The position numbers and the translations under genes were made by a program. A DNA stretch of 57,063 nt. Origin: Chitinophagales bacterium (GTDB lineage Bacteria; Bacteroidota; Bacteroidia; Chitinophagales; Saprospiraceae). Positions 36,606-45,658 of this stretch are shown here, one piece after another. The stretch's first letter is position 1; every line of letters begins with the position of its first letter. The notes under the pieces were generated by a model, which was not told the DNA's origin, made no database searches, and was given only the letters and a program-made list of their open reading frames with translations. The stretch is from NCBI GenBank assembly GCA_038246345.1, contig JBBRWA010000001.1, positions 1 through 57,063 of the forward strand. Direction: 5' to 3'.

Positions 36606-38174
36606 ATGCAATTTTCAAAATTAACTACCCTGCTGTTCTTGCTGGCTTTTGGGGTGAGTCTATCTGCCCAGAATCGCTATCTGGAGCCTGTATTTACGGA
36701 GGTAACCAAAACCACGGCGGTATATGGCTCCAACTTTACCATCTTGCCCGCACTGTTTGGCGGCAACACTGCAAGGCAGCCTTTGGCCATGCAAGTATAT
36801 GCCCCTGTTGGTGATTCAAAAACCGATCGCCCGCTGATTATTTACCTGCACACAGGCAACTTTTTCCCTTTCCCGCAAAACGGATCATGCGGTGGTGCTT
36901 TGAACGACTCTTCTAACGTTGAGTTTGCCACACGTTTGGCCAAAATGGGTTATGTCGTTGCGGTAGCAGATTACCGTCAAGGTTGGGCTGCCACCCACCC
37001 ACAGGAATTGGTACGCCGTTTTTTCTTGATCAACGCCGCGTATAGGGGCGTACAGGACGTGCGTTCTTGCATCCGTTACTTCCGCAAGACTGCTGATGTG
37101 GGCGGCAATCCATGGGGCGTAGATCCAAGCAAAATTGTGGTTTGGGGACAAGGTACTGGCGGTTATTTGTCACTGGCAACAGCCTATTTGGATAAGTTTT
37201 CAGAAATTTATACCACGGCTGATCCCAATAAGTTCAAATTACAAATACAGCCAGGCGTTTTTTATCCAAACATTCAGGAGTCCTACAATGGTGATATCAA
37301 CGGCGTGCAAGCTGCCCCTGGTCTTGTTGATGCAACGTATAATTCGCTCACCAATTTCAAGATCGGCGACACCCTTTATGTCCAAAATACGCCGGGATAT
37401 AGTTCAGATTTCAATTTGGCGGTAAATATGGGCGGTGCATTGGGCGACAGCTCATGGATGGAGCCAGGCGATATTCCGCTCATTTCCTTCCACGTGCCTT
37501 CCGACTTTTTTGCACCTTGTGGTACCAATATTTTGAATGTTCCTACTGCCAATGGCCCACAACCAGTGGTAGAAGTATCAGGTTCTTGCGACATGCAGGT
37601 AATTGCAGCTAGCTTCAACCTGAATGCTGTTTTTAATACCATTCCTGCGGGACACGATCCTTATGGCGCAAACTCCATTAGCAGTTTTAATAGTTATTAT
37701 CCCTTCATTGGAACGCCCACACCTCCAGGTGCCACCATGGAATCATCGGGGCCATGGGCTTGGACCAATTATAGTGGAACGCCTGCGCCGCTGCCTACGA
37801 CAACAGGCTGTGAGATAGATGCGGTTTCTGCCCGCCTATACATCGATACCATCGTTGGCTATTTTGCACCACGTGCTTGTGTTGCACTCGGCCTGGGCTG
37901 CAACTTCACCAATACTACGGAGCTGAATGGCCTGGATTTGGGCTTGAAAGTAGCGCCTGTACCTGCTTCTGATGCCGTAACTTTCCAAACCAAAGAAGTT
38001 CCAATGCGTCAAATTTATGTGTACGATCTGAATGGCCGCCTGGTAAAAGCCGTTACGAGCATCGACAACAATGTATATCAAATGCAGCGCAACAACCTAC
38101 CCAATGGCATGTACATCGCAGAGCTGCGATTTGACAGCGGGTTTGTGAAGCGTAAAATTGTGTTCAACAATTAA
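36606..38174 (+). CDS. secreted alpha/beta-fold esterase-like protein with T9SS type-A sorting domain
   Basis: Signal peptide MQFSKLTTLLFLLAFGVSLSAQ. PLIIYLHTGNFF plus VVWGQGTGGY, where the nucleophile elbow is degenerate (GQGTG has no Ser). C-terminus LKVAPVPASDAVTF...LPNGMYIAELRF. Confidence 0.65.
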   Translation: MQFSKLTTLLFLLAFGVSLSAQNRYLEPVFTEVTKTTAVYGSNFTILPALFGGNTARQPLAMQVYAPVGDSKTDRPLIIYLHTGNFFPFPQNGSCGGALNDSSNVEFATRLAKMGYVVAVADYRQGWAATHPQELVRRFFLINAAYRGVQDVRSCIRYFRKTADVGGNPWGVDPSKIVVWGQGTGGYLSLATAYLDKFSEIYTTADPNKFKLQIQPGVFYPNIQESYNGDINGVQAAPGLVDATYNSLTNFKIGDTLYVQNTPGYSSDFNLAVNMGGALGDSSWMEPGDIPLISFHVPSDFFAPCGTNILNVPTANGPQPVVEVSGSCDMQVIAASFNLNAVFNTIPAGHDPYGANSISSFNSYYPFIGTPTPPGATMESSGPWAWTNYSGTPAPLPTTTGCEIDAVSARLYIDTIVGYFAPRACVALGLGCNFTNTTELNGLDLGLKVAPVPASDAVTFQTKEVPMRQIYVYDLNGRLVKAVTSIDNNVYQMQRNNLPNGMYIAELRFDSGFVKRKIVFNN

Positions 38175-38229
38175 AGCGAAATATTACACTAAGCCATTAA
38201 TACAATACCCGAAAGGGTAACCAACATGT

Positions 38230-38264
38230 AGAAGCCGCTCCAATTTGGGGCGGCTTCTGTTTTT
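38230..38264 (+). terminator. Rho-independent terminator
   Basis: agaagccgc (38230-38) / gcggcttct (38250-58), 9-bp GC-rich stem followed by gttttt. It lies 56 nt after the stop at 38174. Confidence 0.7.
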
Positions 38265-38294
38265 AGCATTGGCCAGAATTGGCATGTTTGGAAT

Positions 38295-38317
38295 AAGTGC
38301 TTGAAAATCAAGCACTT
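38295..38317. repeat. perfect 10-bp hairpin resembling the family A core (solo core?)
   Basis: aagtgcttga-aaa-tcaagcactt. Compare the A3/A4 core aagtgctgaaaatcaatgc. Confidence 0.5.
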
Positions 38318-38547
38318 TATGGCTGCACACTGCAGCGCTGTTATTTTTTTTCAAAAAAAGAACAAATCCTAGGCAGCACTTTGATGGGGGCAATACGTTT
38401 GTAAAACGTCTTTAATCATAAACCGACAACACTGACCATGACAGCAACTTTCACGTACACACTTGTGCTCGCCGCCATTTACGTTGGCCGCAAATTGACT
38501 GCTTTGAAGCCTCATGCCGCTTAACCAAGGATCACCACCACCACATG

Positions 38548-38615
38548 TGGCCAAGCCCTTCCAGGTTTTTAAAACCTGGAAGGGCTAACGCTCGAATAGA
38601 ATATTGTTTTGTTTA
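38548..38615. repeat. family G hairpin repeat, copy G1
   Basis: ggccaagcccttccaggtttttaaaacctggaagggctaacgctcgaata... It is near-identical to 56138..56205. Confidence 0.85.
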
Positions 38616-38753
38616 CAAGGTACGGCGAAGCCTTTTAACACAGCCCTGAAGGCCACTTGATCCGGCGATTTCTCATCGTCCGATCAATAACTTTACACAA
38701 ATGCCTGTATTTCCCCCGCTTTCCCTTCCAATAAAAATAAGGGATGACGCATG

Positions 38754-39434
38754 TTATTGCTCCCCTTTTAAGATGAGCCGCATGGCCTCCCGCTTGGTCA
38801 GTGCCGATAGCCGGGTGCTTGCCAAAAATTCCCGCACCGCTTCCGGGTTGGTTCTTGAGTACTGACGCAAGGCCCAACCTGCCCCTTTTTGTAGGAAAAA
38901 TTCTTTAGAATCAGCCACCCGCCGCACGTATTTAAACATCAAATCAGCATCTGTTTTTTCTTTGTAGGACAATTGAAAAATCAGGCAAACCCGTTGCAGC
39001 CAAAAATTGCCGGAATCCATCCAGCGCTCGGTAACCGGTACAATCAGCTGCGGGAAACGCTTGAAATGCATGCCCACCAGCTTGCTGATCCAATCCACTG
39101 TATCCCACCAGGAATTGGCAAGGATCAGCTCTTCCAGGAATTCAATAAATTCAGGAGCTTGTGCTTTTAGCGTTTTTTGCACGGTTTCAAGCGCGAAGTA
39201 GTGCATTTCCCGGTGATCGTCCTGGAAACAAAGGCGGGCCAATTGCTTTAAATCCTCGCCTTGTGGCAAGCCTTGTTCTTTGTGTATAACCTTGGTAAGG
39301 GCCGCCCACGCTGGCATTTTCAGGCCAAAATATTCAAACTGCTGACGCATGTACGCCATTTGGCCCTGGGCTGTTTCCGGGTTGCCGTGGGTGTGGAAGG
39401 TATCGCGGACGAGCACGTAGTAAGCTGCGGGCAT
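38754..39434 (-). CDS. DNA alkylation repair enzyme family (AlkD-like HEAT repeat) protein
   Basis: 226-aa helical-repeat ORF with NSWWDTVDWI and KEFFLQKGAGWALRQYS, typical of the DNA_alkylation family. Confidence 0.7.
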   Translation of the reverse strand: MPAAYYVLVRDTFHTHGNPETAQGQMAYMRQQFEYFGLKMPAWAALTKVIHKEQGLPQGEDLKQLARLCFQDDHREMHYFALETVQKTLKAQAPEFIEFLEELILANSWWDTVDWISKLVGMHFKRFPQLIVPVTERWMDSGNFWLQRVCLIFQLSYKEKTDADLMFKYVRRVADSKEFFLQKGAGWALRQYSRTNPEAVREFLASTRLSALTKREAMRLILKGEQ

Positions 39435-39472
39435 TTTTTTGCCAAAAGTAGGGCTTACCGGATAAATTTTTT

Positions 39473-39681
39473 ACCCATAGAGTTTTTACCACATAGCACA
39501 CATAGTCCACATAGCCGATTTTACGTACACCATTATTTTCTGCCAAATAGCACACATCGTTTTTTCTCAAAAACACCATAGCACTTCATGACGCCCAAAC
39601 GCAACGCCTATGTTTTCTATGTCCCTATGTGTCTATGTGTTGAATAACTATGTTTTCTATGTCCCTATGTATCTATGTGTT
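39473..39681. repeat. family B element, copy B2 (degenerate left arm, duplicated right arm)
   Basis: The left side has scattered cacATAGc units (39473-39582). The right arm ctatgttttctatgtccctatgtgtctatgtgtt occurs at 39608-39641, identical to 29608-29641, and again at 39648-39681 with 1 mismatch. Confidence 0.85.
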
Positions 39682-39820
39682 AAAAAACCGCCGCGGTAGC
39701 CCAGAAAACACGTCAAATTCGGACAATTCAGCATTTTCAGAAACCCAATGCCAATTAGGTCACGCAAAGAGATTATCTTAGCGCATTCAACCCTGAGAAC
39801 AACAACCAATTGCCTGCTTT

Positions 39821-42442
39821 ATGTTTCAACAACAAAACCGTCCAACTTTCCCTACGCGGAACATCGTGGTACTCGCTGCCGCAGTGCTTGGCTTGCTGTA
39901 TTTTATGTGGAGCAAAATGCGGGATCAGCGCGCTCAAGAAACACAAGGCGTTGAAAATGAAGCAGCGGAACAACGCGATAGCGCGCTGATGCCTTTCGAG
40001 GAGTTTTATGCCATGCGCGATTATCCGGACTTTCGGCCTGATGTGCAGACCTATGCGGAAGCAATCGCCGTAGCCCGCCATGGCTACGAGGCCGCCCGGC
40101 CACGCGGCGGAAAAGAAGGGGTTTATGCGCCCTGGATCCTGCAAGGCCCTGGAAATATCGGCGCAAGAATCAATACCATAGCCATTGACCCAAGCGACAA
40201 GAACACAATATATATCGGATACTCCAACGGTGGTGTTTGGAAGACGAAAAACGGTGGCCAAAGCTGGAAGCCTGTATTCGATGACCAAAATTTTCTCTCT
40301 ATCGGGCACATCGCCATCGATCCTAGCCACCCCGAATATGTGTACGTTGGCACGGGTGACCCCAACATCAGTGGCTACCCCTTTATTGGCGACGGGGTTT
40401 GGAGAAGTACTGACAAAGGTGAAACCTGGGCGCCCTACGGCCTTGAAAACCAACGTATTGTTTCAAAGTTGATTGTGAATCCTTCCGGCTCCACAAAAGT
40501 ATATGCCGCCACGATGGGGCTTCCATTTGAAAGAAACAACAACCGCGGGTTATACAACGGATCCATCGCCAACCCCGTTTGGCAATCATCGCTGTTTGTT
40601 TCAAATGAGGCAGGTGTTATAGACATCGCAGTTTCGCCAACCGATCCCTTCACCATTTATGCAGCATCCTGGGATCGTATCCGCAACAATCAAGAAAGTA
40701 TCGTTTCGGGCGAAAATGGCCGGATTTGGAAAAGTATAGATGGAGGTATCAGCTGGAATAAACTTAGTGGCGGTCTCCCACAGGGGGCACAATGCCGCAT
40801 TGGCCTTGCCATAGATCCAAGCAATGCGGAGCACTTGTTTGCGTCTTATGTTGACCCAAGCCTGTCCTTCTCTGGCTTGTATGAAACCTTTGACGGCGGC
40901 GCTTCCTGGCAGTTGAACCCGACCAATGGCCTAAACATGAATTTCCAAAGCAACTTCGCCTGGTATTTTGGAAAAATACGCATCAACCCATTTAATGCGC
41001 AGGACATCTGGCTGCTGGGCGTTACCTCTTATCGCTCAACCGACGGCGGCCAAAACTGGTCGGAAGCTGCCGGATTTCAGCAAGACGTACACGCCGATCA
41101 CCACGACCTGGTCTTTTTGTCGGCCACCGAATTCTTACTGGCAACCGATGGCGGGCTTTACCGCAGCACCGACAATGCCAGTACCTGGGCCCGGGCTGAA
41201 AATATTCCAACAACCCAGTTCTACCGGGTGGCTTACAACCAACACAACCCAGATTTTTACTACGGCGGCGCCCAAGACAACGGCACATCCGTTGGTAATG
41301 CGTCTGCACTCAATAATTGGCAACGCGTTTTTGGCGGCGACGGCTTTCAAGCAGTATTTCACCCCACAGACCCCAATATTACCTATTACGAATACCAAAA
41401 CGGAGCAATTGGCGGCACCACCGACGGTGCTAACTTCGACGATGCCACCGAGGGTATTGACCCAAATGACCGTCGCCACTGGGATATGCAGTACATACTG
41501 AGCCAGCACGACCCCAATGTGATGTACACGGGTACTTACCGACTGTACAAAAGTTACGGCCACCTGCCCCTCTGGTCGCCCATTACCGACGACCTCACAG
41601 ATGGCATCATTTTCGGCTCGCGCTACCATACCATCAGTACTTTAGACGAAAGCCCGCTTGATCCCGAACAGGTATATGTAGGCACCAGCGATGGCAACCT
41701 GTGGCGTATCAACACCGCATCAAAAGCTAAAGCCAGCATCAGCAACGGCTTACCCAAACGCTATGTATCCTCCGTAAAAGCCTCTCCAAGCAATCCAAAC
41801 CGTTTATTTGTGACCCAAACTGGGTACCGCGACAACGATTTCACCCCGCGCATGCACCGCTCCGACGACAAAGGAACCAACTGGACACCCATCGTTGGCG
41901 ACCTGCCCAACCTGGCCATCAACGACATTCAAATACTGCCAGGACACCAGGATTCGGTCATTTTTGTGGCCACCGATGGCGGTGTTTACCTGACTTTCAA
42001 CAGCGGCCAAAACTGGGAGCGCCTCGGAACCGGGATGCCTTTTGTTCCTGTATATGATTTGGCGCTTAACCTCTCGAAAAAAACGCTCATTGCAGGCACG
42101 TTTGCCCGCAGTATTATGAGCTTCCCAATTGATTCGCTGCGTATCGGCGAAAACTCATCCACTTTTAGCCCAGGCGGCGTAGCACCACCCATCCTCACGT
42201 TAAATCCAACACTGGCCTACAGCTCCACCTATTTGAACGTCGACAACTTAAAGTCGAACCAAAGCGCTGAAGTTTTCATCACTGATTTTTCCGGAAGAAC
42301 CCTCTGGAGAGAATTGTACAAAGGGTTTGGGAAACACGACGCGCAGATTGACCTGAGCAATTTCGCGCCAGGGGTTTACGTGGTGTTTGCGAGGAGCAAT
42401 GGAAAGGTGTGGGGGACGAAGAAGTTTGTGGTCACCAAATGA
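39821..42442 (+). CDS. BNR/Asp-box (sortilin-VPS10 / GH74-like) multi-propeller protein with T9SS type-A sorting domain
   Basis: N-terminal anchor or signal. At least 8 Asp-boxes (KTKNGGQSW, RSTDKGETW, KSIDGGISW, TFDGGASW, RSTDGGQNW, RSTDNASTW, RSDDKGTNW, FNSGQNW). C-terminus LNPTLAYSSTYLNV...FAPGVYVVFARSNG. Confidence 0.8.
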   Translation: MFQQQNRPTFPTRNIVVLAAAVLGLLYFMWSKMRDQRAQETQGVENEAAEQRDSALMPFEEFYAMRDYPDFRPDVQTYAEAIAVARHGYEAARPRGGKEGVYAPWILQGPGNIGARINTIAIDPSDKNTIYIGYSNGGVWKTKNGGQSWKPVFDDQNFLSIGHIAIDPSHPEYVYVGTGDPNISGYPFIGDGVWRSTDKGETWAPYGLENQRIVSKLIVNPSGSTKVYAATMGLPFERNNNRGLYNGSIANPVWQSSLFVSNEAGVIDIAVSPTDPFTIYAASWDRIRNNQESIVSGENGRIWKSIDGGISWNKLSGGLPQGAQCRIGLAIDPSNAEHLFASYVDPSLSFSGLYETFDGGASWQLNPTNGLNMNFQSNFAWYFGKIRINPFNAQDIWLLGVTSYRSTDGGQNWSEAAGFQQDVHADHHDLVFLSATEFLLATDGGLYRSTDNASTWARAENIPTTQFYRVAYNQHNPDFYYGGAQDNGTSVGNASALNNWQRVFGGDGFQAVFHPTDPNITYYEYQNGAIGGTTDGANFDDATEGIDPNDRRHWDMQYILSQHDPNVMYTGTYRLYKSYGHLPLWSPITDDLTDGIIFGSRYHTISTLDESPLDPEQVYVGTSDGNLWRINTASKAKASISNGLPKRYVSSVKASPSNPNRLFVTQTGYRDNDFTPRMHRSDDKGTNWTPIVGDLPNLAINDIQILPGHQDSVIFVATDGGVYLTFNSGQNWERLGTGMPFVPVYDLALNLSKKTLIAGTFARSIMSFPIDSLRIGENSSTFSPGGVAPPILTLNPTLAYSSTYLNVDNLKSNQSAEVFITDFSGRTLWRELYKGFGKHDAQIDLSNFAPGVYVVFARSNGKVWGTKKFVVTK

Positions 42443-44010
42443 TTCCCGGCATTTACTTTGACTATCAGCATTCCAATAGGCATATTGGAAAGGCTTATTT
42501 GTTGTAAGCTGCCGGAACTTTGTTGTTGGAGTAACAATTGGCCATTCATGTTAAAAATGCTGATGTCCTTGTTGCGGAGGATTATGTCGAAATCTTCGAT
42601 AATTAAAACATCCTGGGACTGGTAAACAGCCAACCCAAATGGCAGCTCGCTTCCGCTGCGGTTATCGGAGTTACTACCACTAAAGTTGCCGCAAAGGTGG
42701 CCGTCGATGCGGATAATCCAGGGAGCGCTTGGTTCACTTGGGTTGTATATCGGAGGGTTCCCGCAGTAGTCAAGTGGGGTGACCACTGCATAAGTAGACC
42801 TGGATGCTTCCAAGGTGCTTTTGATGCAGATGGTGTTGCCTGTTACAGTGATTTGCAAATTTGGATCATTGTTAGTTACGGAATAGGAAGCAACACAGGG
42901 GTTGTCTGGGAGCGTAACACATTCTTCAATGCCGGTGCAAATTTCACTCAGTTCAATTGGCATAGGAACAAAGTTGGGCAAAGGACAACTAGCGGAAGGC
43001 GTCAAGCATGGCCATGTGCCCAAAAGCGCATTGATTTGTGCCACTGATGTTGCGCTCCAGGTATTGGTACATCCAGTGTAAACCGCGCCCATAATATCGG
43101 TATTGTGACTGGCTCCAAAAGAGTGTCCCATCTCATGGCTCACGACAGTGCGCAACCCACAGGCCGACAAGGATTTATCGGACAATACGCCAAAACGGTG
43201 AGCCGTACACAATTGTCCGGTATAAGCCGCACCCAAAGCTCCTCCATCAAAATCCCTGGTAGCCCTTAAATGACCTAAATCAAAGGCCAAGGTTCCAAAA
43301 CCTCCAGCATTTGCCCAGGTATCGAAAAATGCGATGAGATTTGCGATGTTTGTGGTGGAAGGAAATGGGTCTGCACTTTGGGAAGCTGGTACAAACTGAG
43401 CCACAATTTTGAACATCACTGGGGTGCTGAATTCATCGTCCCAGTTGGCTTGTGCATCATTCATCACGCCTACATTGTGGGTTAGTACATTATTGACCGA
43501 ACCATACTTTAGTACCATCTTGTAATCACTGGCAATCGCAAGTTCTAACTCAGGCGGGCCACAATTTTCCCGAGTGGAATTTGTGCGATCATTTGCGGTT
43601 TCGAGTTCGTGGTGGGCTTCCAGCTTGGCACAAAAATTACCGGGAACCGGCAACACATCCGCACTTTCATAAACAACAAATAAATCATGTGCTTGGGTAT
43701 TGTCATAATACCAAAGTGGCTCAATATACCAGGTCTGGCCACCCTGGCTAAACAACCCGTATAAAAAGCCAGGAGCAACAGTGAGTGCTGCTTTAGCTGT
43801 TTTGCCGTCCTTGGCTTTACTAATGAACGGAAGGATTGAGCTGCGTTCTGTGCTGGTTTTAGTACCACTTTCCTCCGCAATAATGGTGGTGTAGCCTTCT
43901 GCCAATAACCCGCTTGGTTGTAGCTGCACATTTAGCGTTGGCAGTCCGGTGAATTCCAATTCCATTCCAAATCCTTTTTGAAGCTTTATGGTCGGAGTAA
44001 GGTGTAACAC
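42376..44010 (-). CDS. reprolysin-like (M12B) zinc metallopeptidase with T9SS type-A sorting domain, N-terminus apparently incomplete
   Basis: HEMGHSFGASHN (HExxHxxGxxH). C-terminus YQSQDVLIIED...ISIFNMNGQLL...MPIGMLIVKV. The ORF opens right after a TAA. The first codons (GTG 44010 or ATG 43965) give no signal peptide. Confidence 0.7.
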   Translation of the reverse strand: MLHLTPTIKLQKGFGMELEFTGLPTLNVQLQPSGLLAEGYTTIIAEESGTKTSTERSSILPFISKAKDGKTAKAALTVAPGFLYGLFSQGGQTWYIEPLWYYDNTQAHDLFVVYESADVLPVPGNFCAKLEAHHELETANDRTNSTRENCGPPELELAIASDYKMVLKYGSVNNVLTHNVGVMNDAQANWDDEFSTPVMFKIVAQFVPASQSADPFPSTTNIANLIAFFDTWANAGGFGTLAFDLGHLRATRDFDGGALGAAYTGQLCTAHRFGVLSDKSLSACGLRTVVSHEMGHSFGASHNTDIMGAVYTGCTNTWSATSVAQINALLGTWPCLTPSASCPLPNFVPMPIELSEICTGIEECVTLPDNPCVASYSVTNNDPNLQITVTGNTICIKSTLEASRSTYAVVTPLDYCGNPPIYNPSEPSAPWIIRIDGHLCGNFSGSNSDNRSGSELPFGLAVYQSQDVLIIEDFDIILRNKDISIFNMNGQLLLQQQSSGSLQQISLSNMPIGMLIVKVNAGNHLVTTNFFVPHTFPLLLANTT

Positions 44011-44200
44011 TTTTGATTAATTTTTCTGCGTTGGGGGGATTACTGCTCAGGAGTTTGGGTTAAAAATTTCCAAGTCGATACTTGAAATGCTCGGCAAAAA
44101 CAGCATTCAGCCTAAATAAGAGATCGTCTATCACACGATAGCAAAATCAACCTAAATTCATCCCAAAACACACCTAATTTCGCCCAATCAAACCCAACTA

Positions 44201-44231
44201 CTCATCGCTCATCACTCATCACTCATCACTC
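44201..44231. repeat. family D heptad array (CTCATCA x4.4), copy D2
   Basis: ctcatcg ctcatca ctcatca ctcatca ctc. It is in frame with, and upstream of, the DUF2142-like ORF. Confidence 0.85.
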
Positions 44232-44341
44232 TAATAGGGTTAGTTTTCGCCCTGCTTGTCCCGCCATTTCAATCGCCGGACGAGCCAAACCATTTTCTGC
44301 GGGCCTGGCAGGTAAGTGATGGGCAGTTTTTTCCCGAAAAG

Positions 44342-45523
44342 ATGGAAAACAGGCTGGGTGGGACATTGCCCGTCAGCCTGACGCAGGTGCGTGATTCCTT
44401 GTCGTTTTTGAAAAACGACCCAAGTGCGCGATTGGATATTAACACCTTACGGAAGGTTCTTGCCATTCCGTTAAATCCTGAAAACCGACAATTCACCGAT
44501 TTTGCGAATACAGCCATTTATGCCCCTACGGCCTATATACCCCAAGCGGCGGCCATCGCTGTTTTTCGGCCATTGGGCGCTACGCCTTTGCAATTACTCT
44601 ACGCTGCCCGGATTGCCAACTTGCTGGTTTGGATGCTCTTGGTGTCGGCAGCGCTGCGCCTGATGCCTTTTATGCGCAGTACTTTGGCTGCAATAGCCCT
44701 GCTACCTGCCACGCTTTGTATCGCGGCCTCCGCCAATGCCGATGTGCTGACGAACGGGCTTTGCTGGTTCCTGATAGCGGCTTTGCTGGCAAAGCCTTCG
44801 GCAAGTTTGTTTTCGGAAAAATTATTGGCGACAGTGCTGGTCGCAGCGCATAAACTCATCGCCATGCCTTTGCTGCTACTTGGCTATTTTGCCCGAATGG
44901 ATCGGCGGACCGTGACCGTATTATGCATTGCTGGAATGCTGGCGGCAATTTTTTGGGGGCGTTTGGCGCAGCAATGGTTTATCCCCTACGATGCTTATAA
45001 CCCAGTTTTTCGGGACACACAAACGCTCAATTCAGGGGTAAACCCAGCAAGGCAAATGACGTTTGTAGCAGAGAATCCCCTTTTTTTCATAAAAACCTGC
45101 ACCAAATCGCTGTTTCATGCTTTGCCTTCCATGGCGGCTCATTTTGTCGGAAAATTTGGGTGGGAGAAAAATTACCTGCCAACGGGATGGATTTTGTTGT
45201 TGTGGATGATGTTGTCAGCCATGCTTTTGTCAGAAAAAAATCCCTTGTCAACCCGCCAGCGCTTGGGCGTGGGCGGCATAGTTGTGCTGTACGTTGGAGC
45301 ATTTGCCATCACCATGTATGCTTTATGGCATGCTGTGGGAGCCAACCATATCGGCAATTGGCAGGCGCGGTATTTTTTGCCTGTGGTGCCCCTGGTAGTA
45401 TTTTGTCTTGCAAGCGGATTTTTGGAGAAATGGAAGTCTAAAATCGACTTGTTCGCACTAGCCATTTTGATCCTCAACAATGCCGCAATGGCCTATAGCA
45501 TTTGGATGCGGTATTATTCCTGA
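44342..45523 (+). CDS. DUF2142-like polytopic membrane protein (first ATG; conserved N-terminal region lies upstream without a canonical start)
   Basis: 393 aa from ATG 44342, with multiple TM helices. The same frame is open from 44156 and encodes LIGLVFALLVPPFQSPDEPNHFLRAWQVSDG, which resembles the DUF2142 N-terminal motif as I recall it. No ATG, GTG or TTG occurs in 44156-44341. Confidence 0.6.
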   Translation: MENRLGGTLPVSLTQVRDSLSFLKNDPSARLDINTLRKVLAIPLNPENRQFTDFANTAIYAPTAYIPQAAAIAVFRPLGATPLQLLYAARIANLLVWMLLVSAALRLMPFMRSTLAAIALLPATLCIAASANADVLTNGLCWFLIAALLAKPSASLFSEKLLATVLVAAHKLIAMPLLLLGYFARMDRRTVTVLCIAGMLAAIFWGRLAQQWFIPYDAYNPVFRDTQTLNSGVNPARQMTFVAENPLFFIKTCTKSLFHALPSMAAHFVGKFGWEKNYLPTGWILLLWMMLSAMLLSEKNPLSTRQRLGVGGIVVLYVGAFAITMYALWHAVGANHIGNWQARYFLPVVPLVVFCLASGFLEKWKSKIDLFALAILILNNAAMAYSIWMRYYS

Positions 45524-45595
45524 ACTACCTTTATTGTTCCAATACTTTTTTACCTGCCCAATTGGGAAATAATACTTACAATCCTGCTGAAGGTA

Positions 45596-45648
45596 CCGTT
45601 CCGCTGGAACGGGTGCGTTTCTACAAAGGTAAAGTCCCGATGGGACTT
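45596..45648. repeat. family F double-hairpin repeat, copy 2
   Basis: ccgttcc-gct-ggaacgg, ctacaaaggta, then aagtccc-gat-gggactt. The second stem differs from copy 1 by paired (compensatory) changes. Confidence 0.75.
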
Positions 45649-45658
45649 GTGTTATGCT

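Noticed and set aside
38438-38587. ~49-codon + ORF (MTATFTYTLVLAAIYVGRK...) in the 580-bp gene-free interval
   Set aside because: It is short, lacks a recognisable promoter or context, and runs into the G1 hairpin repeat. There is insufficient evidence for coding.
44201-44231. Phase variation of the DUF2142-like gene by heptad copy-number slippage
   Set aside because: Adding or removing 7-nt units shifts the frame, but neither alternative frame upstream contains an ATG, GTG or TTG start that could be joined. Slippage would therefore not switch the gene on.
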